Source of the DNA: Archangium sp.
Lineage (GTDB): Bacteria > Myxococcota > Myxococcia > Myxococcales > Myxococcaceae
Direction: 5' to 3'
Assembly: GCA_031367385.1 (NCBI GenBank)
Contig: JANLPS010000019.1
Coordinates: 15,263-79,262, forward strand
DNA length: 64,000 nucleotides
The position numbers were made by a program, and so were the translations under genes. Shown here piece by piece: positions 47,196-56,531 of the stretch; position 1 is the first letter of the stretch, and the number at the start of each line of letters is the position of its first letter. The notes beneath the pieces were generated by a model, which saw only the letters and a list, made by a program, of their open reading frames with translations, did not search any database and was not told the origin of the DNA.

Positions 47196-49114
47196 CCGGA
47201 GCGCTGGGGCTCGCGGTGATGCTCTGCGCGCTGACGGTCTCGGCGCAATCGACCGACTTGCAGCCCACCGTTTTTTACAATGCGCGCATGGCACTGCGTG
47301 AAGGCGAGCCCGCGGAGTCGCTCAAGTTGTGGCTCTTGCGAAACAGCATCGTCGACCAGGGCATCGCGCCCAGCAATGACACCGATTTTCACTCGGTGCT
47401 GTGGGTCGCGCTCGGAGACCTGGGGCTGTGCCAAGACGGCATCGCCAAAGACGAGCACGGCGGCGCGGGGCTCTGGCCGCTCGCGATGCACAACTGGGTG
47501 CTGACCTCGGTGGCAAAGGGCGGGCCCGTCGACAACCCGTCACCCTTCGATGCGTTCGAAGCCGGGCTGCAGCAGCGCTTCATCTCGCTGCATGACGTGC
47601 TCTCGAGCGAAGAGCTGCGTTCGGCGAGCTTCTTTCGAACCAACTGCTGGGCGCCGCAGGTGGTGATGCTCGATCAGGGCCAGCCCGTCGTCACTGAGCT
47701 GACTGATCGCCTCGTCTCGGGCCCCTTCTTGAAGTCACTGCTCGAGCGCGCGCTGCGAACGATGTCGAAGACCAAGGTGCAGAATCGGGCGATTCTCGAA
47801 GCACGGTTGTTCGATCTCGACCTGGCGATGGCGGCGCTGCTCGAGCGGCAAGCCGCACAGCTTGCCCAGCAGCGAGCCCAAGATGCCCGCGGCGCCGGGG
47901 CCTCGGAGCGAGCGGTCAAAGACCTCGAGACCCGAACCAGGCGATGGTCGGTCACCACCAAGCAGGCCGAGTTTCTTCGTCGAGCGCTGACCTGGCCGGT
48001 GCGCGATTGGCTGGTGCTAAGCCAACCCCGGCGACTCTCGTTGTTCGCGCAGGCACGGGCGGTCTCGAATGACGAGCACCCCGGTGACCCGCAGCCCTTC
48101 GAGGCGTTGCTGTTGGGCCTCATCGACGAGCTGATCGAGCGAAAAGCCGGCGCTGAGCTCGAGCTGTGGCTTGGGTGGCTCGACGCCAGCAAGGTCACCT
48201 CGCGACGCCAAGCGCTGATCACCGGAGAGCGCGGCAAACGAATTCTCGAGCTCGACGCCGAGTCTGGCTTTCGCGAGCGCTCGGTGATTGCGCTGCACCG
48301 CGGGCTGGCGTTTCTCGAAGCGGGCGACATGCGTGAAGCGTTGATTTCGTTCGCCTTTGCGATGGCCCACGCCGAGAGCTCGCGCGAGCCCACCGTCACC
48401 ATGTCGCTGGCACGTCGCTGGGTCTCGTACGTACTGGCGCGCTACGAGGCGACCGACGAGGTCATCGCCACGCTGAAGGCCTTGGTACCCTCGCAAGAGT
48501 ACAACTCGGTCGTCGAAGACTTGATCTGGCGCGCGGCGCTCAACGCCGATTTGCCATCGTTCAATCGATTGATGGCGACGACCCGGCGTGGAGGCTCGTT
48601 CGATGCGCGGGCCATTCGCCTCAGGCTCCTCGCGCAAGGCAACGCCGGAGCGTTGGCCACCCAGCTTCGAGACGCGGTGAAAGAAGAACCGTTCTTCACC
48701 GTTCGCTTCGTTCGGCAGGTCATCGAAAAGCTCGAGGCCGAAGAGGTCGACGTGCGACGCGCGAACGTGCCGCTGATCAAGCTGATGGTGCAGGTGCTCG
48801 ACGCGGTCATCGGGCAGGCGCAAGGCAACTCGGCCCACGCGCGCGCCGCCGAAGAGCTGCTTGGCCGCACCCAGGGGTTGCTCGAGGGGCTCAAGGCCTT
48901 CGAGCCATCGGTCACCGGCAAGGCGCGCGCCCTCTCGCCAAACCACGAAGCGTTCGCGGGCAATATTCGGCTCGCGCCGACCGACCCGCTGCCGTGGCCC
49001 TTTCAAATGCCTGACCCCGAGCCGCCCTCGGCGTTCACGCCGATCACCATCACGCCCGTCGAGTGGCGCGACCCCCAAGGCGCCCTGGTGTTCGGGTGGA
49101 GGCTCTCGGAGTGA
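47192..49114 (+). CDS. Secreted alpha-helical/TPR-like protein, gene 11
   Basis: Signal peptide VSA-Q; helical repeats; GTGA overlaps on both sides. Confidence 0.75.
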   Translation: MTGALGLAVMLCALTVSAQSTDLQPTVFYNARMALREGEPAESLKLWLLRNSIVDQGIAPSNDTDFHSVLWVALGDLGLCQDGIAKDEHGGAGLWPLAMHNWVLTSVAKGGPVDNPSPFDAFEAGLQQRFISLHDVLSSEELRSASFFRTNCWAPQVVMLDQGQPVVTELTDRLVSGPFLKSLLERALRTMSKTKVQNRAILEARLFDLDLAMAALLERQAAQLAQQRAQDARGAGASERAVKDLETRTRRWSVTTKQAEFLRRALTWPVRDWLVLSQPRRLSLFAQARAVSNDEHPGDPQPFEALLLGLIDELIERKAGAELELWLGWLDASKVTSRRQALITGERGKRILELDAESGFRERSVIALHRGLAFLEAGDMREALISFAFAMAHAESSREPTVTMSLARRWVSYVLARYEATDEVIATLKALVPSQEYNSVVEDLIWRAALNADLPSFNRLMATTRRGGSFDARAIRLRLLAQGNAGALATQLRDAVKEEPFFTVRFVRQVIEKLEAEEVDVRRANVPLIKLMVQVLDAVIGQAQGNSAHARAAEELLGRTQGLLEGLKAFEPSVTGKARALSPNHEAFAGNIRLAPTDPLPWPFQMPDPEPPSAFTPITITPVEWRDPQGALVFGWRLSE

Positions 49115-49743
49115 CGCCTCGTGAGCTGCGCAAGTCGATTCGGGCCTCTCAACGCGCGCTGCGTGCACGCGTCGCGGCGATGCCGCAGATTCAAAAGGCC
49201 CGGCGAACGACTCGGCTCAAACGCCTTCGACGCGCGCTGACCGTCGCGGTGGTGCTCTTGCTGCTCAGCTTCATTCGCTGCGACTGCGGCCAGGGCCCCC
49301 TGCCCGAGCCGTTCGTGGTTGACGCGGGAGCGCCCCTCAAAGAGCCCATCAAGCCCAAGCCACCACTGGTTAAAACCCTGAAACCAGGCGCGCTCAGCGG
49401 CAAGGTCGCGCTCGCGCCACGCGATGGGTTCGACCCGAATGCCCGCACCTCACCCGATTGGCTCGACGCGTTCAGGCTGCAGGTCGCCGCACGAAGCCCG
49501 CGGTTGGCCGAGTGCTTTCAAGGCACCGACCACCCCGGTGCGCTCCGCTGGGCGACCGCGGTCAACCCCGACAGTGGCGCGGTGTCAGACCAGTCGTTCG
49601 AGCCGATTGGTGCGTCGATTGACCTGACCCACGAGCAGAAGGTGTGCCTGAGCCGCGTGCTCGCCTCGCCACCGTACAAGGTCGTGACCACGCCGACAGA
49701 CAAGGCCTTGCCCAACCGGGTCAGTTTGATCATCGAGTTCTAA
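49111..49743 (+). CDS. Bitopic membrane protein with Pro-rich linker and TonB-C/AgmX-like domain, gene 12
   Basis: Basic N-terminus, TM helix, Pro/Lys linker, RLAECF...G.L....V.P.SG.V....CL...L pattern. Confidence 0.6.
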   Translation: MTPRELRKSIRASQRALRARVAAMPQIQKARRTTRLKRLRRALTVAVVLLLLSFIRCDCGQGPLPEPFVVDAGAPLKEPIKPKPPLVKTLKPGALSGKVALAPRDGFDPNARTSPDWLDAFRLQVAARSPRLAECFQGTDHPGALRWATAVNPDSGAVSDQSFEPIGASIDLTHEQKVCLSRVLASPPYKVVTTPTDKALPNRVSLIIEF

Positions 49744-49788
49744 AAAGGGCGCTCGTCGGGCGGGGCGGCATCGCCTAGATCTGGGGCC

Positions 49789-50724
49789 ATGCTTTCAATC
49801 GGCATCTTGGGTGGCGGGCCCGCGGGTATGTCAGCCGCGCTGTGGCTCAAGCAACTCGGCCTTCACCCCGTGGTGATCGAAGCCGAATCACAGCTGGGCG
49901 GCATGCAGCGCACCTCGAACTACGCCAACCCGTTTCTGCTCGGGCACTTCGGCAAGACCGCCAACGAGCTCGCCAAGCTCTTCGAAGATCATCTGGCGCA
50001 AGAGCGAATCGAGCGAATTCACGCGCGCGTCACGGGCCTCGAAGCGACTGATCAGCGGGTGCTCGTCGCCACCGCCGAACGGGGCCTCTCCTTCGCGGCC
50101 ACCATCGTCTGCTTCGGCACCCGGTGGAGATCGCTCGACGTACCAGGAGCAGCCGAAGCCCAGCGCGCGCGCACCTTGCGCTACATGGGGCATGGCTCAG
50201 ACGTTCACGATGCGAAAGGCAAACGCGTGGTGGTCATCGGCGGAGGCGACAACGCCTTCGCCATCGCCGCCGAGGCCTCGACCTCCGCGAGCTCCGTGGT
50301 CGTGCTCTCACGCAGCGCACCGAGAGCCCAGCCGTTGATCATGGCCTCGGCCAAGCAACCCAACGTCGAAGTTCGACTCGGTCAGAGCGTCGAACACTTC
50401 GAGCCTGGGGTGATCACCTTGAACGATGAGAGAACCCTGCCCTTCGACCTCGCCTACATCGCGCTCGGCTTCGCACCCAACACCGAAGCGCTCGCGACCT
50501 GGCTGCCACGTCTCGAGCGCGACCGGGAGGGGTACCTGATCACCGATCTGCACGGGCGCACCGCGGTGCCGCGCGTCTGGGCCGCTGGAGACATCTGCAA
50601 CCCGATTCACCCCTGCACCGCGACCGCCATCGGCCAGGGCGCCACCGCCGCGCAAGACGTCGAGCGGGTGCTGCGCGCTCAAGTCTTGAGCGAGAACGGC
50701 GTGAAGTTGGTGTCGACGTCGTAG
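49789..50724 (+). CDS. Thioredoxin-reductase-like FAD/NAD(P) oxidoreductase (no CxxC)
   Basis: GGGPAG, VIGGGDNA and WAAGD motifs. Confidence 0.88.
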   Translation: MLSIGILGGGPAGMSAALWLKQLGLHPVVIEAESQLGGMQRTSNYANPFLLGHFGKTANELAKLFEDHLAQERIERIHARVTGLEATDQRVLVATAERGLSFAATIVCFGTRWRSLDVPGAAEAQRARTLRYMGHGSDVHDAKGKRVVVIGGGDNAFAIAAEASTSASSVVVLSRSAPRAQPLIMASAKQPNVEVRLGQSVEHFEPGVITLNDERTLPFDLAYIALGFAPNTEALATWLPRLERDREGYLITDLHGRTAVPRVWAAGDICNPIHPCTATAIGQGATAAQDVERVLRAQVLSENGVKLVSTS

Positions 50725-51377
50725 TGATCTTCGTTCTCTTTGCGCTTCAAGAAGCCGACGACGCGGTAGGTGATCGGCGTGGCAAGAATCTCCCACCCGA
50801 CCTTCACGGCGTAGTTGCCCATCATCACGGTGATCAGCAGCTCTGGCGCCCAGGCCCCCAAGAAGGCCAGCGGGTAGAAGACGAGCGTGTCAGCCGCTTC
50901 TCCGACGATGGTCGAGCCGATGGTGCGCACCCACAAGAAGCGGCCCTTGGTCTTCACCTTGAGCTTCGCCAGCACCAAGGAGTTCGCGAATTCACCGCAG
51001 GCGTACGCGAGCAGCGAAGCCCCCGAGGTGCGCCAGGTCGAGCCGAAGATCGCCTCGACGTTCGCCTGCCCGTGCCACATCGGCGAGGGCGGTATGTGCA
51101 CGATGATGAAGCTCATCAACGAGGCGAAGGCGAGCGCTCCGAAGCCGGCCCACACCACTTTTCGCGACCGCGCGTAGCCGTAGACCTCGGTCAGCACGTC
51201 ACCGAACAAATAGCTGAGCGGAAAGAAGAGGTTGCCGGCGCCGAAGGTGAAGCCGCCGACCTGGGCGACTTTGGTGATGCCGATCAGGTTCGAGCACAGC
51301 AGCACGCACACGAACGCGGCCATGATCAAGTCGTAGTACTTGTAGGTTCTCTGTGTTGGAGCGACGTCTGAAACCAT
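50679..51377 (-). CDS. Queuosine precursor transporter (YhhQ/QPTR family)
   Basis: FPLSYLFGDVLTEVYGY, ASLLAY..GEF.N and RTIGST.VGE..DT motifs. Confidence 0.93.
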   Translation of the reverse strand: MVSDVAPTQRTYKYYDLIMAAFVCVLLCSNLIGITKVAQVGGFTFGAGNLFFPLSYLFGDVLTEVYGYARSRKVVWAGFGALAFASLMSFIIVHIPPSPMWHGQANVEAIFGSTWRTSGASLLAYACGEFANSLVLAKLKVKTKGRFLWVRTIGSTIVGEAADTLVFYPLAFLGAWAPELLITVMMGNYAVKVGWEILATPITYRVVGFLKRKENEDHYDVDTNFTPFSLKT

Positions 51378-51448
51378 GGGCAGGCCCGTGTAACCGCGAA
51401 CCGCTCGCGCGGCGAACGAATATCACCGTGTGATACACAGCACCCGGC

Positions 51449-52396
51449 ATGGCGCACGCTCCTCACGACCACCACGATCATGAACACGGGGCAGAGGGCC
51501 ACACGCACAGCCACGTGTCTTCGAGCACGCCGACGCGCCGGTTGACGATCGCCCTGTTGCTCACCGGCACCTTCATGGTCGTCGAAGTGGTCGCCGGCTG
51601 GTTCACCGGGAGCTTGGCCTTGCTCTCAGACGCGGGCCACATGCTCACCGACGCCGGAGCACTCGGCGTCGCCATCTTCGCCCAACACATCGCCCAGCGT
51701 TCGCGCAGCCACCGCCGCACTTTTGGTTTTCGCCGGGCCGAGGTGTTGGCCGCTCTCGCCAACGGAGTCGTGCTCGGCGTCAGCTCGGTCTTCATCGTCA
51801 TCGAAGCGATTCGGCGCTTCGGTCAGCCGCCCGAAGTGCAGGGCCTGCCGATGCTGGTGGTCGCATCGATTGGCCTGGTGCTCAACCTCATCTCAGCTCG
51901 GCTGCTCAGCCATGGTGCCCAGACCAATGCCAACGTTCGGGCCGCCGCCGCGCATGTCATCGCCGATGCCGCGGGGTCGGTTGCTGCGATCATCGCCGGA
52001 GTGCTGGTGATGACGATGGGGTGGTACATCGCCGACCCCATCGTCTCCATCGCCATCTCGGTGCTGATCTCCTGGTCAGCGTTGAAGTTGGTCAGAGAGG
52101 CGCTCGACGTGCTGATGGAGGGCACACCGCCGGGCCTCGACGCCGCGCAGATTGAAAAAACAGTCGCGCAGACCCCAGGCGTTTCGTCTGTGCACGATCT
52201 TCACGTGTGGTCGGTTTCAGACGGCATGCCGATGATCACCGTGCACGTCGTGCTCGACGGCAATCACCACGGCACCGAGGTCGCCGCCGCGGTGAATCAG
52301 CGAATTCGCGACGCCCACGGAGTCGCGCACGTCACCGTGCAACCCGAGGCGCCCCCACTCGCCTCGGGGCTGGTTCACCTCGGCATTCTGCGCTGA
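51449..52396 (+). CDS. Cation diffusion facilitator (CzcD/ZitB-like) metal exporter
   Basis: His-rich N-terminus; SLALLSDAGHMLTD, HV.AD and HDLHVW motifs. Confidence 0.95.
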   Translation: MAHAPHDHHDHEHGAEGHTHSHVSSSTPTRRLTIALLLTGTFMVVEVVAGWFTGSLALLSDAGHMLTDAGALGVAIFAQHIAQRSRSHRRTFGFRRAEVLAALANGVVLGVSSVFIVIEAIRRFGQPPEVQGLPMLVVASIGLVLNLISARLLSHGAQTNANVRAAAAHVIADAAGSVAAIIAGVLVMTMGWYIADPIVSIAISVLISWSALKLVREALDVLMEGTPPGLDAAQIEKTVAQTPGVSSVHDLHVWSVSDGMPMITVHVVLDGNHHGTEVAAAVNQRIRDAHGVAHVTVQPEAPPLASGLVHLGILR

Positions 52397-52433
52397 CGCC
52401 ATCTGAGCGCGACCGCTCGTCGGCGACCTGGCT

Positions 52434-52496
52434 TGTCCCAACGATGGGACAGTGATGTAAAGACAGAAGTGACAATTTTGTCGCAACGTTGCGACA
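52434..52496. promoter_or_regulatory. Pair of related 18-bp palindromes
   Basis: tgtcccaacgatgggaca (52434-52451) and perfect palindrome tgtcgcaacgttgcgaca (52479-52496). Confidence 0.6.
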
Positions 52497-52512
52497 GTTT
52501 TGGGGTCACGGA

Positions 52513-53883
52513 CTACTGCGGTATCACCACCACCAACTGACTGTTGTGCCCCGCTGCGGTCACTGCCGCGCGCAGCAGCGTCTTCGGGTCGACCTGCGAG
52601 AGCCGAATCGCAACGACCTGATCGAGCTCCTCTGGCCAGAGCCCGTAATACGGCTCGAACGGCACCCTTTCACCACCGGTGATGACCCCGTGATCATCGA
52701 CCACCGCAAAGTCGCACTCCGCGCCGCACACCTCGTCGGCCGGGCCCAGGCGCACCCGCGCGAAGCTCGTCTGTGACAGCAGCCCCTTGAAATCAGCCGG
52801 CACCACGATGCCCTCGGGGGCCACGCGGGTTTGCACTCCGTGCAACTCGACCTCACGAACCCCCTTCTGGGCCAGGGCCTTGAAGAGCCCCTGCATCGAC
52901 TGGGCGGTCGCATTCTTGCCCACATCGACGGCCTGCACCCGCTCGGTCTCGAGCTCGTCGACACTGACTTCGCCGTCGTCGAGCCGCATCGAGGCCTCCC
53001 ATTCGGCCGCAGGGCCCTCGAGCGAGATCAACCCCTCTGGCGCCGCCCCGCTGGCGAGGGCCTGACGACCCGCCTCGGGCACCGCCAAGGTGACCCGCGC
53101 CGCCAACACCAGCACCGGCACGAGCAGCAACCCCAGCAGCGAGGCCACCGCCGTGTTGTTCTTTCGCAGCAGCAGCGTGAAGGCGCCAAGCACCGTCAGT
53201 GCGAGCACCAACACGCCCCAGGCGACCACCTGAGCCTGGTTCATCTCAACGAGCCCTTGAAAGACCAGCGGCCCGCGATCGCTCGGCGCCGCATGCGCCA
53301 TCGCTTGATGCGCGTGCGACCACGTCACCTCTTGGCCCGCCACGCCCACCAGCCACGCGCTGAACGCGCCGTACACCAAAGCGAGCGCCAGATTGTATCG
53401 ACGGGTCTCGACGTCATCGCTGGTCAACCGAGCCATGAACTCGACCGCGAAAGACCCCGCTGCCAATGACAGCAAGGCCGCCGCGAGCAGCAGGCCATAC
53501 ATCCACGTCGACCAGGCCTCGCTGAGGCCGGCGTGCATGATCGCCGCGCGGTCAGCCGGGTTCACATTGGCGATGGCGTCGAGCAAACCGCCGATCGCCA
53601 GCCGCGTGGCCAGCGCGCCCGCCGCGGGCAACACCGCCGCGAGCAGCCCCGCGACCGGAGCGACCCACGGCCGCCATCGACTCGCCGCGAACACCGTCGC
53701 CGCCGCGAGCACGCTCAGCACTGCTCCGGCGGCGGTCAGCGCGTACATCCCCGCGCCGCCTTCTTGAAAGGTCTCGACCAGCCGCCCCGAGAAAATCGCC
53801 AGCCCGAACACGCCCAACGGCACGGTCAGCAGGGGCACCGCGGCTGCCAGCACCGAGATGACCACCGAAGGTTTTGGGGGCAT
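52513..53883 (-). CDS. Polytopic membrane protein with duplicated MotA/ExbB/GldL-like segments
   Basis: Multiple TMs; NVNPADRAAIMHAGLSEA and AAPSDRGPLVFQGLVE repeats; soluble C-terminus. Confidence 0.6.
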   Translation of the reverse strand: MPPKPSVVISVLAAAVPLLTVPLGVFGLAIFSGRLVETFQEGGAGMYALTAAGAVLSVLAAATVFAASRWRPWVAPVAGLLAAVLPAAGALATRLAIGGLLDAIANVNPADRAAIMHAGLSEAWSTWMYGLLLAAALLSLAAGSFAVEFMARLTSDDVETRRYNLALALVYGAFSAWLVGVAGQEVTWSHAHQAMAHAAPSDRGPLVFQGLVEMNQAQVVAWGVLVLALTVLGAFTLLLRKNNTAVASLLGLLLVPVLVLAARVTLAVPEAGRQALASGAAPEGLISLEGPAAEWEASMRLDDGEVSVDELETERVQAVDVGKNATAQSMQGLFKALAQKGVREVELHGVQTRVAPEGIVVPADFKGLLSQTSFARVRLGPADEVCGAECDFAVVDDHGVITGGERVPFEPYYGLWPEELDQVVAIRLSQVDPKTLLRAAVTAAGHNSQLVVVIPQ

Positions 53884-53903
53884 CGCGCGGGTTTATCACC
53901 AGG

Positions 53904-54272
53904 TCACGAGTGGAGCCACGGCAGCACGTCACCCGCCACGTTCCAGACGGCGTCTCCAGACGCCTGCGCGCCGATGGCGGTCAGCGAGACGTACTTGAAG
54001 TCAGGGGAGCCGCCGCAGATGGCCTGGTTCTCCCACTCGCTCTTGGGTATGCGCATGGCCTGCAACGCCGTACCGAGCCACTGGTGCCAGAGAAGGCCCG
54101 CGTAGGTCTCCACCGGCACTGGGGTCGGCCTCTGCAGGTCCGACGCCCACGGCGGGTTTCGCCTTCGGTAGTTGTCTGTCGACGATCGGCGGGCGAGCCG
54201 GGTTGGTAAACATCGAGTTGAACAGGCGCACGGCGCCCGTCTGCGCGACGACGCCTTCTGCGCCGTTGCCGC
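53904..54272 (-). pseudogene. Possible internally deleted relic of a myxobacterial DUF1552-type gene
   Basis: Fragments LFNSMF...RPPIVDR and GLLWHQWLGTALQAM..P..E.E...VW...G..LPWL in different frames, with no proper start. Confidence 0.35.
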
Positions 54273-54998
54273 CTAAAATCGCCCGGCCACGCCCACGAGA
54301 CAAGCGTCGCGCCAGGCCCCCAACGTGGGCGCCAGAGTGATCGCCCCCGCGGTGTTCTTGTCGAACATGTACGCATGCCACGCTCGCTCAATCGGCGTTT
54401 CGTACACGAGCAAATAGAACACGCCCGCCGCGACCCCGGCTGCACCAGCCACGTACGCGCCAACACGGGTGTTGTGGTCTTCTTTGAGCAGCCCGCCCGC
54501 GACCCCAAAGATGCCGAAGTAGGCCGTCCCCAACGCCATCGTGATGATCGCCGCCCGATGCCGGCTGGACATCGCCTTTTGAACGCTGGCTTCGAACAGC
54601 GTCTCAGCCTCGGCCAAGAAGACCGCGGGGCTCGACTTCTGGGCGACTCGAAGCCGTTCGAGCTCGTCCCAGAGGTCGTATTCGTCTGGCCGCGCGAACA
54701 GCAGAGGCACGCTGATCGAGAGCGCGCCGACCCCGATGACCACTTCTGTCACTTGCTGAGCAATGCCCGTCAGTTCGCTCTGCTGGGTCAGCGACCCGTG
54801 CAGAATCAGCCCGAGGCCTCCGATGGCACCGAAGCCTGCATTCAACCGTCGCTCGTAGACGACGATGTCGCGCACCTCGAACACATTCATTCGAAGCTTC
54901 TCGATCTGAATCTCGAGGGCCAGCCGGTCGCCTGAGGTCTCGGCCGGGTTCGAAACGGCGCTCGCGCCCAAACAAACGGCCATCATGACGCTCAGCAT
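54273..54998 (-). CDS. Hypothetical exported/membrane protein
   Basis: Signal-like N-terminus, hydrophobic hairpins, C-terminal strand LVGVAGRF. Confidence 0.65.
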   Translation of the reverse strand: MLSVMMAVCLGASAVSNPAETSGDRLALEIQIEKLRMNVFEVRDIVVYERRLNAGFGAIGGLGLILHGSLTQQSELTGIAQQVTEVVIGVGALSISVPLLFARPDEYDLWDELERLRVAQKSSPAVFLAEAETLFEASVQKAMSSRHRAAIITMALGTAYFGIFGVAGGLLKEDHNTRVGAYVAGAAGVAAGVFYLLVYETPIERAWHAYMFDKNTAGAITLAPTLGAWRDACLVGVAGRF

Positions 54999-55039
54999 CG
55001 TCGACCTCCCGGGGCCGATGCATTACGCATCGAACCCCT

Positions 55040-55882
55040 ATGCGCAACAGGTCACTCGTGGCATGCCTTGCTTCCGTGCTTCAGGGCTGTGCGACAACCA
55101 ACTCGGCCTTCTCTGAACAGATGGGCGATTTCGGGTGGAGCCAGGTGCGTGCGGCCGTACCCGGCGCTGCGTATCGCAGCCTGTTCGAGGCGATGCCCTT
55201 GGGCGCGTCGTCACCTGCGTGCGAGGTCTTTTCGTCGCTGACCGGCGGCCCAGACGACGTGCCGATTCTGGTGGTGGTGCACGGCATCGGAGGCGACGGA
55301 GCGGAGTGGGAGAACTCGCTCTCGCTGCTCCTTCGCGCCGAGCCACGGGCGACCTTCATGTTTCGGTGGGTCTCGATGGGCAGTCGCGACGCGATGGTTT
55401 CGCGGCTGGCCATGGGCGTCTCGCGCCTCTCGCACTGCACCCATCACCCGATCTTGATTCTCGCGCACAGCGCAGGTGGAGTGCTCGCGTCGTACGCGAC
55501 CGCCTCGATCGTTGCCGAGAGCGAGGTCACCCTGGTGACGGTGGCGTCGCCTCTGGCGGGCACGCTCGCACGACGGCCGGCCGACTCCGGCGAGGAGCAA
55601 TTGTATTTCTTGTTTGATTTGGGCAGCCGAATCGGCGCGTACCCGCCGGCCGCACCCGGTGTGCACGTGTTTCACTTGGCCACGCAGTACCCGGCTGACC
55701 ACGTCATGGCGCCAGGCAAAGACGGCACTGCACCGAATGACCCGCAGGTGGGCGTGCCCGGCGCGACGCACCTCACGTTGCCGGCTGATCTCTCGCACGT
55801 CGGGGCGTTGAGCTGGGTCGCACGTCGAATGGCACGCGAGCACTGGCTGGGCTGGCTGACCACGGTGCCCTCTGGCGACTGA
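55040..55882 (+). CDS. Alpha/beta-hydrolase lipoprotein
   Basis: Lipobox LQGC; VHGIGG oxyanion motif; AHSAGG nucleophile elbow. Confidence 0.85.
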   Translation: MRNRSLVACLASVLQGCATTNSAFSEQMGDFGWSQVRAAVPGAAYRSLFEAMPLGASSPACEVFSSLTGGPDDVPILVVVHGIGGDGAEWENSLSLLLRAEPRATFMFRWVSMGSRDAMVSRLAMGVSRLSHCTHHPILILAHSAGGVLASYATASIVAESEVTLVTVASPLAGTLARRPADSGEEQLYFLFDLGSRIGAYPPAAPGVHVFHLATQYPADHVMAPGKDGTAPNDPQVGVPGATHLTLPADLSHVGALSWVARRMAREHWLGWLTTVPSGD

Positions 55883-55927
55883 ACATGTGGGTGCGCAGCA
55901 GTTTCGAAATGGTCAACAAGGTGCCGT

Positions 55928-56509
55928 ATGCCTGCGGAGAAAAGACGAGTGACACCGAGCCCCACCCAGCGCTGCGTCGAGTGCAAACGGCACCCGAGCG
56001 GCGAGCACCGCGTCACCGATTTTTGCGAATACTGCGGCAGCGCGCTCAAAGCCGTCGTCGACCCCGATGTCGAAAGAGTAACCATCGGGTGCTACCGGTG
56101 CGCCAAACGCTTCGAGGTCGTCAAAGGCAGCGGAGTGACCTTCTGCGCAGCGTGTGAAGTCGCCCGGGCCAATGCGCCCCCGCCGCCCAAACCACCCCCG
56201 CCGTCACTTTGGAGCCACCCGTGGCCGAAGGCCTTCATCGCAGGCAGCGTCACCACCTCCGGCGTCATTCTGGCGTTCAAATTCGTCAGCTCGTTCATTC
56301 CCCCCGCGGGCAACGAGCAAGGTCAACTCATCAGCCTCTTCGTCACCATCGGGGGCGTCTTCGCCATCGCCGCAGTCCTGGGTGTGCTGGCCGTCTTGGT
56401 TCTGCCGCCTGAGATGCGCGAGGCGCCCGACCTGCCTCAAGTGCCCTTCACCGCGGGAGTCATCGCCGCAGTCGCAATTCTGTCGTGGGTCGCCACGCTG
56501 ATGCGGTGA
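55928..56509 (+). CDS. Zinc-ribbon membrane protein
   Basis: Four CxxC motifs, Pro linker, three TM segments. Confidence 0.7.
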   Translation: MPAEKRRVTPSPTQRCVECKRHPSGEHRVTDFCEYCGSALKAVVDPDVERVTIGCYRCAKRFEVVKGSGVTFCAACEVARANAPPPPKPPPPSLWSHPWPKAFIAGSVTTSGVILAFKFVSSFIPPAGNEQGQLISLFVTIGGVFAIAAVLGVLAVLVLPPEMREAPDLPQVPFTAGVIAAVAILSWVATLMR

Positions 56510-56531
56510 CGCCGGCGAACGCAGCTCGTGG

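Noticed and set aside
37069..49743. Flagellar or Agl-Glt gliding gene cluster
   Set aside because: No recognisable flagellar structural or export genes; the stator is MotB/OmpA-type rather than TolR-type AglQ/S.
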